In this document: positions 1 to 15,867 of the stretch, in pieces
How positions within the stretch are numbered: position 1 is the first letter of the stretch
Layout of the letters: every line of letters starts with the position of its first letter
DNA from: the human T2T-CHM13v2.0 reference genome, Homo sapiens
DNA length: 64,000 nt
Direction: 5' to 3' (one strand)
Assembly: GCF_009914755.1 (NCBI RefSeq)
Contig: NC_060931.1
The notes under the pieces: generated by a model
Told to the model about the DNA's origin: nothing
The model's database searches: none
The model's input: the letters and a program-made list of their open reading frames with translations, nothing else
Translations under genes and position numbers: made by a program

Positions 1-380
1 CACCCCCCAGCACCTGGGAACCACTATTGTATTATTCTTTGCTTTTATGAATTTGACTATCAGACATATCTCGTATAAGTGGAACCAAGAAGCATTTGTT
101 CTGTGACTGGCTTATTTCACTTAGAACAGTGTCCTTCAGATTCATCTAGTTATTGCAAATGGCAAGATTGCCTTCTTTTTTAAGGCTAGATAATGTTTTG
201 TTATATGTGTATACAATTTTTAAAATCCATTCATCTGTTGGATACTAGGGTGATATTCACATCTTGGCTATTGTGAATAATGCTGCAATAAACATGGGAA
301 TGTAGATATCTCTTCAAGTTCTTAATTTCACTTCTTTTGGATATATGCCCAGATGTGAGATTGCTGGATCATTTGGTATG
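1..380 (-). mobile_element. L1M (L1MA/MB-type) 3' region fragment
   Basis: Antisense L1 3' motifs: gactggcttatttcacttag, ttggctattgtgaataatgctgcaataaacatggga, attgctggatcat. Confidence 0.85.
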
Positions 381-829
381 ATTCTCGCTTTTAAAATTGA
401 TCTTGTCTTTGATATTTCTATGAACTCTTTATTTTCAATTTATTAGTTTTTAGTGTCTTCAACAAACTGTGGTTCTTTATTGAATATTTTAATCTATTTT
501 ACTGTGTGGTTTTAGGCTTTGTCAACTTTATAGCATTCATTATGAATCGGGTAAATTTTGCGCCCAAAGCAAAGATCATTGGTAGGACAGAGGCACAAAG
601 TCAGGCTATGTGGTAGGATTAACACACTATCGACAAATAGTGATGTCTAAATAGGAGGAAAAGGTCTTCCTTGGTACAGTCTTACATAATCACAATCTGT
701 CTTGGACCAATATCCTGCTAAATATAAACAGGAAGCATTTCCATTAAAATCAGGAACAAGAAAATGATTCGCACTATTGTCACTATTATTTGTCCTTCTG
801 AAACAGAGAGTAGGAAGTGTAGGCTCAGC

Positions 830-1238
830 GTCATAAGATCCAGGGTTTGAAATACCTGTGAGACACAGATGTGGGAAAAGAGAAGGTGTCTGGGATGTGT
901 ATCCTAGAGCTTGAGAAAAGGGCCTGGAACAGAGATAAACAACAGGGAAGTTTAGATATGGAACTGGTAAGTGAAACCCTGAGTGTAGATGAGATCACTT
1001 AGAAGGAATGTAGATCTGAAAGGGGAAAGGGCATAGGATGGAAACCTAAGGAACTTCAACATGGATGGTGAGACAGAGGAGGGGACCCCGAGAGGGACTG
1101 TGAGGTAGGAGGGAATTGGGATAAGTTGGTGTCAGAGAGCAAAAGAAAAAAGATTTCAAAAAAGGAGTAGCTGTCAGCAATATTAGAAGTTATTGAGAGG
1201 TCAAGAAATAAGGATTGAAAAGCATCCACTGGGTTTAA
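830..1238 (-). mobile_element. L2 LINE fragment
   Basis: Purine-rich antisense L2 motifs: gagtgtagatgagatcacttag, tgagaggtcaagaaataaggattgaaaagcatccactgggttta. Confidence 0.7.
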
Positions 1239-1244
1239 CATAAA

Positions 1245-1600
1245 GACTCTAAAATTATCCATACCTCACAGTCCAGGAGCCTGCTTCTAGGAATATGTCC
1301 TCCTAAAAGGAACTGAAACTGAGGCGAAAAGCTTAACTATGGTTTTGCATTGTAAAAAAGAAAAAACAAACTAATTGAAAACCTAAACATTCAACCTCAG
1401 AAATATTTTAAAATCATTTTATGTAGCAACAAAAATCCTGTTTTTGAAAAGTATTTAATGGTTTGTGAAATGGAAATAAACACACTAAAATATTAATAGT
1501 GTCTCAGAATTGGGATTATGTAAGACTGCATTTTCTACTTCATGCTTTTCTGTGTTCTCTAAAATTTTCTATAATGCGCATATGTAATTTTACAGTCAGG
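1245..1600 (+). mobile_element. Old L1ME-type 3' end fragment
   Basis: cttctaggaatatgtcct, aaacctaaacattcaac, ttttctgtgttctctaaaattttctataatgcgcatatg resemble L1ME 3'UTR. Confidence 0.5.
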
Positions 1601-2759
1601 GGAAAACATTATTTAGATAGGTTTTTTTTTTTTCTTAAAGTGGCTAGGGGATATATTCTTGCTGACCAGGCATAATAAGCTTTAATTAGGTTCTTTCTGG
1701 CAGGATAAAAACAAGACTCAAGCCACTGAGAGAAGGATTGAGGCCAAGAAATTGGACTGTCAATTCACATAGCACATAATTTCTAATGCTTGACTCGGAG
1801 GGAGGGACAGCTGGAATCTCTTATGGTATTTTTGTTCTACCTGCTGTACTCCGTCTCCTGGCTTTGCCTTCTCTCTATTTGAGGAGTGTTTTGCTAGTTG
1901 TTCTGCAGGGAGAGAAGGGCAGCTTCATGTCTCACCAACTCTCACTCATAACTGAAATCTCCACTTATTTACCAAGGCTTCAAAATACAAACAAAAGAGT
2001 TCTCTGGGTAATGAAAATGCAGCAGTCTGAGTTAGCAAAGTTGTGTTGTTCAGTGTTGGTGTTCAAAAAGTACGACCAGAGGTTTTCAGAGTTGGGGGCA
2101 GGAGACTGGGAAATGAGAAATGTTCTCCTATATTGTTACAGCATAATGATGAATTGCTTTTGCTTTTCCAAAACCAGACTCGAGCTCCTCTGTTCACCTC
2201 TATTATCTGTTGCTGGTCTCCAAAGGCATATTACCATATTAATTCATTGTGTTATACAATTTGGTCAACTAAATGAGCTTACCTTATGCCCTCTTAATGG
2301 CATTGCTTTTAATGTTGGCTTCATGGGCTACATTTAACAAAACAGATGCGTCAAGGAAATGTATTTAAACTCAATTTGGTTTTAAAATGTCTAGTGGTCT
2401 CTCTAATGAGCCAGGTACCAAAAAAAAATGTTGCAGGCAACACACTGTGATAAATGTAGGGCCTAAATGCTAAAGCATCCCCAGTGCCCACGGTGATCAG
2501 TTGTGTTCTGGAAAGAAAGTAATGTACTACAAATGTGCCATTACTAGATCTGAAGCCTAATTCATTCTATATGGAAAGGGTATAACACATTATTTAGAGG
2601 AGTTGTCCTGCATGTGAGACTGACATTTAATTGCATGTCATAAACATTGCCATCCCACTGACTTACTGAGACAGCTTGAAGAAAAAAGGGATGAATGGTG
2701 AATGACCCATGGCATTAGTTCATATTTGCAATTTAAGCCTCACAGAATAGTAGAAATAT

Positions 2760-2960
2760 AGGTTCAGCGTCTTATATACCTGGGTTGGTATATTCTTATC
2801 TTATCACTTTTTTAGCTGAGTAATCATGAGAGATACAATTCACTTACCCAGACTTCAGTTTCCTGGTCTGTAAATGGAGACAATAATGTCAACACCTAGA
2901 ATTGTGACGTCTGGAAATAAACTAGGGACAGTGCCTGGCAGGTCGTAGCATTCAATGAAG
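2760..2960 (+). mobile_element. MIR
   Basis: MIR core cttcagtttcctggtctgtaaatggagacaataat and tail acagtgcctggca. Confidence 0.75.
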
Positions 2961-3849
2961 TACAAGTATATGGTGTGTTTGTGTGTCTGTGTGTGATCTT
3001 TATACTATCTTTAGATAATTGATTTACCCACCTTCTAAAAAAGACTTTATTTTCTTGGATTATTAAACCAATAACTAAGCTTACGTATTCCATTCCCTTC
3101 ATAGCCCTCTGTTGGCTTCATACATACAGAATGGATTGGCCCCAGAAAGGCTTATCTGATTATTTCTCCCAATGTGATGATCAGGATGGATTGCTGGCCA
3201 GTGTGGCAGCTCCAGCAATTAGCCTGATCTTAAGGGCAGCCAAGACCATTCATCTGGACTTACAACATCCTGATCGAGTGGCTACATAGTGACAAAACTA
3301 ATGACCGGTGGTTGGAAAAATAGCAGAAGCTAATGTTCTTTCTTGGATGACATGGTCATATTTTCCCATGAAAGGCTATGATATCCAAGGTACATTTCAC
3401 CACATTTTCTCTATTAATTGTGACTTTTAACAGTGGCTAGAGCACAAATTATTTTTTAGGTGATGACAGAGAAAAAGCAACTTACATTTTCAATCTTTTT
3501 TTTTTTCGCCACTTCTTGTCCATTAAACATAATATCCCGGGTAGTTGGTTCTACTCTCTGTCCCCCAGTCAGCTTAGGCTTAGTTCCTAGCTCTGCACTG
3601 TTATCATGCCACTCACTTACCAGCAGTGTCTGCATATTTACACATTCCAGGTTTTGTGCTACGGGCTGCATTATCTGATGATGAACAACACAGTTACTGT
3701 CCTGAAGGTGCTTACAGACTAGGAGCAAGCCGCTTCTTTTTACTAGAATTCTTCTCGCCTCTTTATATGCCATTGTAACTCATGTCCATCTCCTAAAGTG
3801 CAGACAAATTCTTGTCTCTTCAACATATTGTTGGGAAGGTAAATTAGTG

Positions 3850-4720
<871 letters not shown>

Positions 4721-5049
4721 AAACTTAATTATAAAAAGTTCTGACTCAAAAAAACCCCAAAGAAGCAAACAAATGATCCTTTTGACATATTTTCTGTAGG
4801 GATTGTGTCCTTCTTTCCATAGTAGGAATAGTGGCAATTTGTATTGGAATCTGTCATGTCCTGCCAAGGTATCTCTTATACCGTGGAATGATCTACAATT
4901 GTATGTTTGTTAATGTTAACGAGCGGTCTACACAGTATAGTGTGGATGGAGTTCAGCATGGATGGCCTCTCTGCTCCTGGACCATCCATGGATGGCTCAG
5001 TGGAAGGGGAAGGTCCTCACTAGCGTTAAATAAAATGATGGGAGATCAT

Positions 5050-5829
5050 TGTTATGGACTGAGCTGCTACACTAGTCCCTGATGGACCAACCCCAAATGG
5101 AGGCACTCATGCTAAGGCTCCACGTTATCAGACCAAAACCTAAGTTGTTTAGTTGTAAGATCTCAACTTGTGAGAAATCAGGAGAGAGATGATAGCCAAA
5201 TCCCCACACAGGCCAATTTTCTAAAAAACAGGAGATTCACAACAACCAATAAAAAAAAAGGGACCCAATCAACCTTAGCCACCATGATAAGGATGTCTCT
5301 TATGCTTTAACCCACACAGGGAAGGTAACCAGATGTAACCTGCTGTAAACCAATTTACTTTTTGCCCTATGCTATTTCCTTGTTCCTGCTCAAGCTACTT
5401 GATAAAAACAGACTCCTCTGCCATGCCCAGTGGAGCGCCTCTGTCTATTTTGTAGACTGGATGCTGCCTGGTTCAGGAATTGCTAATAAAAGCCAATTAA
5501 CGGCCAGGCACGGTGGATCACGCCTTTAGGAGGCCAAGGCGGGTGGATCACAAGGTCAGGAGTTCAAGACCAGCCTGGCCAAGATGGTGAAACCTCATCT
5601 CTACTAAAGATACAAAAATTAGCCAGGTGTGGTGGTGGGCACCTGTAATCCCAGCTATTCAGGAGGCTGAGGCAGAGAATTGCTTGAACCCAGGAGACAG
5701 AGGTTGCAGTGAGTGGAGATTGCACCACTGCACTCCAGCCTGGGTGACAGAGAGACTCTGTCCCCCCGACAAAAAAAAAAGCCAATTAACTGTTTAAAAC
5801 TCAATTTGTTAAAATTTTGTTGGTTGACA
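5050..5829 (+). mobile_element. ERV1-class solo LTR (family unresolved), split by an Alu
   Basis: TG start (tgttatgg), AATAAA at 5485 followed by gccaattaa...aatttgttaaaattttg...ttgaca CA end typical of MER4-group LTR 3' ends; 5' boundary uncertain. Confidence 0.6.
5502..5776 (+). mobile_element. AluS (Sg-like) with a 14-bp left-arm deletion
   Basis: ggatcacaaggtcaggagttc, ggccaagatggtgaaacc, ggcagagaattg; TSD aaaagccaattaac 5488-5501 / 5777-5790. Confidence 0.92.
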
Positions 5830-8063
5830 CTAGGAAGTAGCAAGGAGGGCAACGATGTGATTTCTCAGCATAACTGGTGCCTGGGGCTCCCTCCAAAGGC
5901 CCTAACCCTAAGTAGTTGCAAGATGGTCAAGGCTTCCCCTGGAAGGCAACAGAATTCCTATTTGGGAAAAGAATTATGGTTTTCTGTTCCTGAGAAAATG
6001 TTTTTAGTCAAAAAAAAAAAAAAAAACTTAATAAACTGCATCAAGGATGGAAGATGATGCTCTGAGAGCATGGATTGGGAAGAGATCTCAAAGAAAAAGC
6101 AAAACAGCTCTGCATAGAAAATAACTAGGAATTTGGAAGTAACAAACAGAAGAGAGGAGAGGCAAAGAAGGGAATGAAGGAATCCTGGAGCTGAGTGGCG
6201 TTAGAGGAGGCTGAAGTGTAAAGAGAAAAGCAGCCAATGAGAAATTATTGGGGTTGGGGTGACTGGGCAGGGGTGGTTCTTGAGAACAGAAATATCTATT
6301 ACTATACTTTCAATTCCTTTTTCTCCTATGAGATAAATGCCATTTGCTATTCCAACTTTTCAGTAAAATGTGCTGCTATACATCAAATGCTTTATGTCAG
6401 CAGGCTGTGGGGCAATCCAAGAAAGGACTGGGCTTTGTGGCTAGATTGGTGAGGCTGGGGGTGCCAAGCAGCAGCAGGGAACTATGAACGAGGATCTGGC
6501 TGCACTAGGACTCATGGACCATGAAGATCCAGCCTCTGGGAAGTCACAGGGGGATATGGAGGCTGTATGATTCTGTAAGAAAGGTGATAAGAGCCTTGCC
6601 TATCACAATTTTACAAACATCTCAAAGGATAGGATGATCTCAGTTGTGCATATTGTAATGTGCAAACTTCCAGGTGGAAAAGAAAATCAGTCATCTGGAA
6701 GCCTTCTTGAGACCTGCAGGAATTTAGAAACATTCAGGCAATTGACTGCATTTTCCACCATCTATGACAACATCAAGCATTGTAGGGAAATGGCCTGGAA
6801 TCATGTCATTGCCTCAGGCTAGATCTGTACTTCACCCAACAGAGAATTCCCTGACATTCTCATTTCTGACATCTGCTTATTACACAAACCATTGTGGGGA
6901 ATAAGAATAAATTTATTCTGAATTGGTTCTTGCTTTTGTCCAGTGCTTCTTTCATAGGCCACAATGCCATGTTGAAATTCTCGATGAGCTTACGCTACAT
7001 TTTATAGAACTTTGCAAAGTACACACTGGCATCTGTCTACATATTTTGCTGAATTAAGTATTTAACTGCTAAATGTGGTATAAGATACAACAATCAACAA
7101 AAATATGTTTTAAGTTCTTCCATTGCTTTCTCTATATTTCCCTAGAGTCTGTTGCAAGGCCTGGATATAACGCAATCTGTAAATACCAGCCCTACCCCCA
7201 CTTTCAACAGTGCCATTCATCCAAGAATCCCAAAGCGTGTTTTAATAACGGACTCATTAATCCTCATAACACTCCTTCATTTGACACATGTAACTCTCAC
7301 TACATGATATGTTGCTACTTACTCTGGATTTAATTTAACAGGTTTTTCCCCGTTGTGGGTAGTCATTTACATTGACCTCATTTTAGTTGAGTTATTGCTC
7401 AGATTTGAGCAAGTTTGAATGGCCTCATCCCAAACTGACATCTTCTGGCAGATAGAAGCAAACCATCTGAAGAAGCAATTATTATTATTATTATTTTTTA
7501 GGGAGAAGCTTCAGCAACAAATGGCCCTATAAATAAACAATTGGATTTTAATCATGGGCGAAGAGAGTGAGACATCTTGCCATTTTACATAAATGTGAAA
7601 TTGGATGAATTTTAGAATTCATAGGAGGGAGGAAACGAAGACTTTTGCTGAGACTGGGAGACCCAGGGTGGCAAGAGCCTAACCTCTTCTCAAAGAAGTT
7701 TGTTTTTCACATTTCCTCTTCTTAAACTTGTCCTCTTTGATCTCTTTCCTTTCTGTGGTCAGACAGTTTTCTGGAGTTTTCAAAGTCCCAGGCAGCAGTA
7801 GCAGAGCCTAAACCGGGAATGGAATGAGGTCATGTGTCCAAGAAAGTGTGGCTAGTAAAATAGACTTTGGAGATGGGCCGAAGTATCCACTGATTGAAGA
7901 AAACAGACAAGTCCAAGGAGGAAATGCATACAAGGCAGAGGTGGTAGGCAAAGAGGAGTATAAGATTGACAAGGAGGTAGCACTTTGCAACTAGAGAGTA
8001 TTGGGGGAACTTTGGACAAATTTTCATGAGCAGCATTCTTTTAGGACTGTGTGTCTACCCAAT

Positions 8064-8412
8064 TGATATGGTTTGGATTTGTGTCCCTGCGCCAATCTCA
8101 TGTTGAATTTGAGGAGAGGCCTGACGGGAGGTGATTGGATCAGATTTACCCTTTGCTGTTCTCATGATAGTGAGTGAGTTATTACAGGATCTGAAATTTT
8201 AAAAATGTGTAGCACTTCTCCCTTCACTCTCTTTCCCCGAGCCATAGTACAATGTGCTTGCTACCCCTTCCACCATACTTGTAAGTTTCTGAGGCCTCCC
8301 AGTCATGCTTCCTGTTAAGCTTGTGGAACTGTGAGTCAATGAAACCTCCTTTCTTCATAAACTACCCAGTCTCACGTAGTTCTTTATAGCAGTGTGAAAA
8401 TGGACTAATACA
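8064..8412 (+). mobile_element. MaLR solo LTR (THE1D/MSTA-type)
   Basis: tgatatggtttgg...ggaactgtgagtcaat...gttctttatagcagtgtgaaaatggactaataca; perfect 5-bp TSD ccaat (8059-8063 / 8413-8417). Confidence 0.92.
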
Positions 8413-8439
8413 CCAATGGATAGTCCTGTATCATTTTTA

Positions 8440-8767
<328 letters not shown>

Positions 8768-8850
8768 CCTGTATCATTTTTAAAAGCATGGCACTCCAAA
8801 CTAGACATCTCATAAGCTGAGTCTTCCCTGTGGCTTCAGCTATACTTCCT

Positions 8851-9147
<297 letters not shown>

Positions 9148-9213
9148 CAGCTATACTTCTATGTAGTCAACTCTCAAATATCTTGCACCAGCCTCTGTCT
9201 CATTGTCCTAGAG

Positions 9214-11174
9214 CAGTGATTCTCAGACCTAATGCTCCTTTTAAAACACATATTTTGTAATGTCTTTTTTATTATCATGAAATTCATAAATAATACAAAT
9301 TACCTATATACATAATTAAAATAAAATGCCTTGACTATATTATAAAAAAGAGAGAAAATAATACAGTGTGTATTTCAGTGTGCAAATACCTTGGGCACAA
9401 CTTCACTAGAACACAAAATGAAATGTCAGATGTTTGCATCTTATCAAAAAATCACAGGGCTGAGACAACTACAGTGGTAGGCAATACAGGTATACTATAT
9501 CGACAACTCTAATGTCATGATTAGTGTTGCCATTGGTGCTGTAATTTTATGAAATGGTCAACAATTCTTGGTCAAGTTTTGAACCAAAGAACACATGATC
9601 TACCATTGACTTGCATGGTAGTTGCAATCCTGGATGTTGGTGTACATTAGAACATATGAAAGTATGTTGTGTTTCTATAGAAAATAATTTCTTGGAAATG
9701 AAAACATTATTTTTTTTTCTGAGAAAATGTTTGTTGGCTTAGATAATTGAATTTTTCCTACATCGGGAAAACAAAGTTCTTGAACTTTTTGGTCTTAGCG
9801 CCTCTTTACACGCAAAGATTGTTGAGAGCCTTCTCAAAGGTTCATTTATGCAGGTTGTACTGATATTTACTGTATTAGAAATTAAAAGTGAAATGTTAAC
9901 AGTATTTATTATCTTTAAAAATAACCCCATTACATGTTAAAATAGTATTTTTTAAAAAAGTATCTGTATCTTCCTAAACAAAACATAATTTAATCAGAAG
10001 AGTGGCATTGTTTTACATTTTTGGAAATCGCTCTAATGTCTGGCTTAATTAAAGACACCTAAATTCTGTTATCCACTTCTGTATTTATTCTGTTGCCATA
10101 TGGCATTTTGCTTGAAGTGTTTGAAGAAAATCCAGGCTCACACTGGGAAATAGTTGGAAAAGACAGGAGCGTGTAATAGATCTTTCAGGTAATGTAGATA
10201 TTATTTGATAACACACAAAACTTAACAAGTGATAGTTTCTTAAATGTTAGTTGCAATGTTGAATTGGAAGCCATATCAGTGAACATTTTGTACTCTGTTA
10301 TATTAAAATCCATTGGCTTAGTTTGCACTTTGAGTGGCTCTTTTACCGTGCATGATTTTATAAGAGCACACGTTGGTTATTTGTAAAGTATTGGCTCACT
10401 GAGTTATACAGATCTTCCAAATGTTGACACAGTTCATTATACAATATCAGTAAATCACATTAGTTAATACTGACACTTATCTCATCAGAAAGGTCTTTTA
10501 GTGTTGAGAAGCAGCCAAGCTCATGGTGGTAGGTACAAATTTTCCATAATTCTAATTTTTTCTTTAATGCTTGAATTTTATCATTGGCAACAAGTACTTT
10601 TGTTGTTTTCTTGGAAGTAATTTCTTGGAAATGAAAAAAATTATTTGTTGTTTCTGAGAAAGTAGTCTGCTGGATATGCATCTGAATAATCATAGTACAT
10701 ATGTCACTTCTTTTTTCAAGTAAAAAATGATGTTGCATGACAAAAGAGGCTAGTTCAGTTTGCAATTTAAACAAAATTATATTTTGATATGCAGCATTTT
10801 GCCAGACACAATATTAAGAAGGTATGTACTCAAGGGCTGAGATTCAATGAAGTTAATTTTATTGCTTCATCAAGGACATTCTTAAATGAAACTGGAAGGT
10901 TTTGTTGGTGATTTTGTTTAACACCCAGTGCATAGTAGGGAATAATACAGTAACCACTAGTATAGTTCAGTTGAGTGCTGCTGCCTTGATTAATGCTAAA
11001 GCATCAACATTTTCACTTACCATTTCTTTTTGTGTCATCATTGGAGACATCAACTCAATGAAAAAGGCACATAATGTGATGGTCTTCCTGTGAAAATGGT
11101 TTTGACCTTGAATTATCCTTGAAAAGGACTCAGGGACCTCCAGGGATCCCTAGACCCCACTTTGAGTATCAATG
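9214..11174. mobile_element. hAT-Charlie DNA transposon remnant (Charlie1-like body ~9770-11174 plus another Charlie-family segment at left)
   Basis: Termini cagtgattctcaga / ctttgagtatcaatg; flanks tcctagag / tcctactc resemble a hAT target; internal Charlie1 motifs (gaagagtggcattgttttacatttttg, tgcttgaattttatcattggcaacaa). Confidence 0.8.
10460..10774 (-). pseudogene. Fossil hAT (Charlie) transposase fragment, non-functional
   Basis: Translation FKLQTELASF...VANDKIQALKKKLELWK resembles Charlie/Buster transposase blocks (FELRxE, DKIxAFKxKLxLW); lies within the Charlie remnant. Confidence 0.7.
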
Positions 11175-11199
11175 TCCTACTCGAGTATCTCGAGGGACA

Positions 11200-11375
11200 T
11201 GCACAGTACAATTCATTGTTGTGTTCATACTGCACCTAGTGCAACAAATTAATATCTCTGGTTCCCATCCTCTAACCTCAGGAGTGCCCTCCAAATCATT
11301 TTGACAATCAAAAATGCTCCCTAGGCAATTCCCCAATACTGCCTTGGGGCCCGTGTGGCCATTTGAAAAATATCT
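11200..11375. mobile_element. MER20-like hAT MITE (degenerate)
   Basis: tctctggttcccatcctcta...tgacaatcaaaaatgctcc resembles MER20/MER20B. Confidence 0.45.
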
Positions 11376-11489
11376 CTCTAGAAGTCCTGATCTGTGTTAC
11401 CAACTTGATCAGGAAACTTTTCACATGAATGCTGGCCCACACTCACTAAGTACAAACCAAACTGATCACCTCCAGGTAGATAGAAAACA

Positions 11490-11805
11490 TGTTAGAGCCA
11501 GAAGGGCCTGTAGGGTTCACTTTGGTCTGCCTTTTACAAATGAAGAAACTGAGGCACAAGAAAGAGAAATGACTTCAAAGTCATAAGTATTAATGTGACT
11601 ATTATTAAATAATGATCCATTTCATCATCTTTCAGACATTTAATACATTTTCTCATTTATTTTGTAGGTATTTCCAGCCTTGTTTTGCAACCGATAAAAA
11701 TGAGACTCAGAGGTGAATGGCTTCCCAGAGTTTACAAAACTAGTAAATGGCAGAATAAAGACCTTCAGTCCAGGTTTCTAGGTTACAAATGCTGTGCTCT
11801 TTCCT
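11490..11805 (-). mobile_element. Two MIR fragments
   Basis: ttttacaaatgaagaaactgaggcac; aaatgagactcagaggtgaatggcttcccagagtttacaaaactagtaaatggcag. Confidence 0.75.
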
Positions 11806-12299
11806 CCCGGACATGAGTGACTCTCCCTTCTCTGGTTCTCCTCATGCGAATCCAATTAGGTGCCAAGATCTTCAGATTTTACCTTCATCAAGTTTTCCAC
11901 ATTCACTCTGCATTTTCGCTGCCACTCTGTAGTTTGGGTTCTCATTTCATCTTATTTTGACTTATTGTCTCTTACCCAGGCATCCTGATTCTGCTCTGTT
12001 CTTTCTTTCATTCATCCTGAATGCTTTCCTCATGCTAAAGTCATGGATTGGAGCAGGACACCTCTTCCATCCACATCTCTCTCCAGGAAGGCAAATGGTC
12101 CTTAAGCTCATTTTAAGAAACCCTGAATAGATCACATTCATTTATAGACCATTTAGTCTCCCTCCTTTAATTGTTTTCTGACCTCTGACTATCCAAACCA
12201 TCTTGAGTATATAGACATGGATTAATAAGATCTAGAAAAATCCCAACATGGTTACATCCAAAGACGAGAAAGCCCTGGTAGATTGTTGGGATAAATGTA

Positions 12300-14710
<2,411 letters not shown>

Positions 14711-14725
14711 AGGCCTGTTTTTCAT

Positions 14726-14858
14726 GCTAGAATGTAAGCTTCTTGAAGGCAGGGAGTGTGTCTTCCTTATCTTTGTATCCACAGCACCGTGCACAGTTTG
14801 ACACAGCAAGCATTCAAGAAAGCTTTGTGGAATCAACAGATAATGAATGAGTGAATGA
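14726..14858 (+). mobile_element. L2 3' end
   Basis: ctagaatgtaagcttcttgaaggcaggga...gtatccacagcacc...tgaatgagtgaatga tail. Confidence 0.8.
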
Positions 14859-15482
14859 TCACAACCCAGCTTGTGTCATCTCAGCTACTGGGTGGAATCA
14901 GGCATTCCCTCTTCTGATCATGCAGTCATGACAGTGCTCCTCACGTGGTCCTGTTGGCTTCTAGTTCTGTGGAATGAATGTATGAATGAGTGTCCACTTC
15001 AGGATGGGAGCCAACATTTCTCAAGGGCGTGCTCTCCTGTTTTGCAGTGTACACATCCACGTGCACATGCACACAGCAAATAATTCAACAGAAGAGTAAC
15101 AAAGGAAAGAAGTATATTCTCATGAGACCATATCTAGCCCTGAGGAAAATGTGGGCGATTAGGAAGAACACTGAATATCTGAAAAACTGGGATTTTCTGT
15201 CACTAGTCACAGTATCTTTGGGTCTCAGCAACTTCACTTCTAAAATGAGGGGTGTGGACCAGAGGTACTTTTCCCAAATTGTGTTCCAGTGGACACCAGT
15301 GTCTACTAGGTGTTAATAGCTCTTCTGACACAAACAACCAAGAGAAACCAAGCACCATGTGAAACGAAATTCACCAGGAATACCTGGCATCCCATAAGTC
15401 TGAGAGGTCTTAGGAAATATGTGGCTTCTGCTGTCCAATGTCTTCTGTGATTATGCAACCAGGCATCTTTCCAGAGGGAGCC

Positions 15483-15867
15483 TGTTGTAGTGTGTTTGTG
15501 CTGCTACAGCAAATTACAAATTACTTAGTATCTGAAAACAGTATCTGATTACAAATCAGTATCTGATTACAAATTACTCAGTATCTGAAAAACAGAAATG
15601 TTTTTCTCACAGTTCTGGAGGCTGGAAAGTCCAAGATCAAGGTGCTGGCATTTTTTCTGGTGAGGGCCTTCCTGCTGCAACCTCACAAAGCAGAAGGAGG
15701 AAGAGCAAACTGGAGCAATGCTACATGAATTCTCTTTTACAAGGGCCTTCATGTCATTAATGAGGGGGAAGTCTTCATGGCCTAGCCATCTGCGAAAGAC
15801 CCCTCACCTTAATGCTATCACATTGGCAACACCTGAATTTTGGAGGGGAGCTGTTCAAACCATAGCA
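15483..15867 (-). mobile_element. MaLR solo LTR (MSTD/MLT1A-type)
   Basis: ctcacagttctggaggctggaaagtccaagatcaaggtgctggca...cacattggcaacacctgaattttggagggg...ttcaaaccatagca; TSD gagcc/aagcc. Confidence 0.88.

Noticed and set aside
1786-2337. Longest ORF (183 aa)
   Set aside because: No recognisable domain; Leu/Cys/Ser-rich composition typical of translated non-coding DNA; no supporting exon or promoter structure
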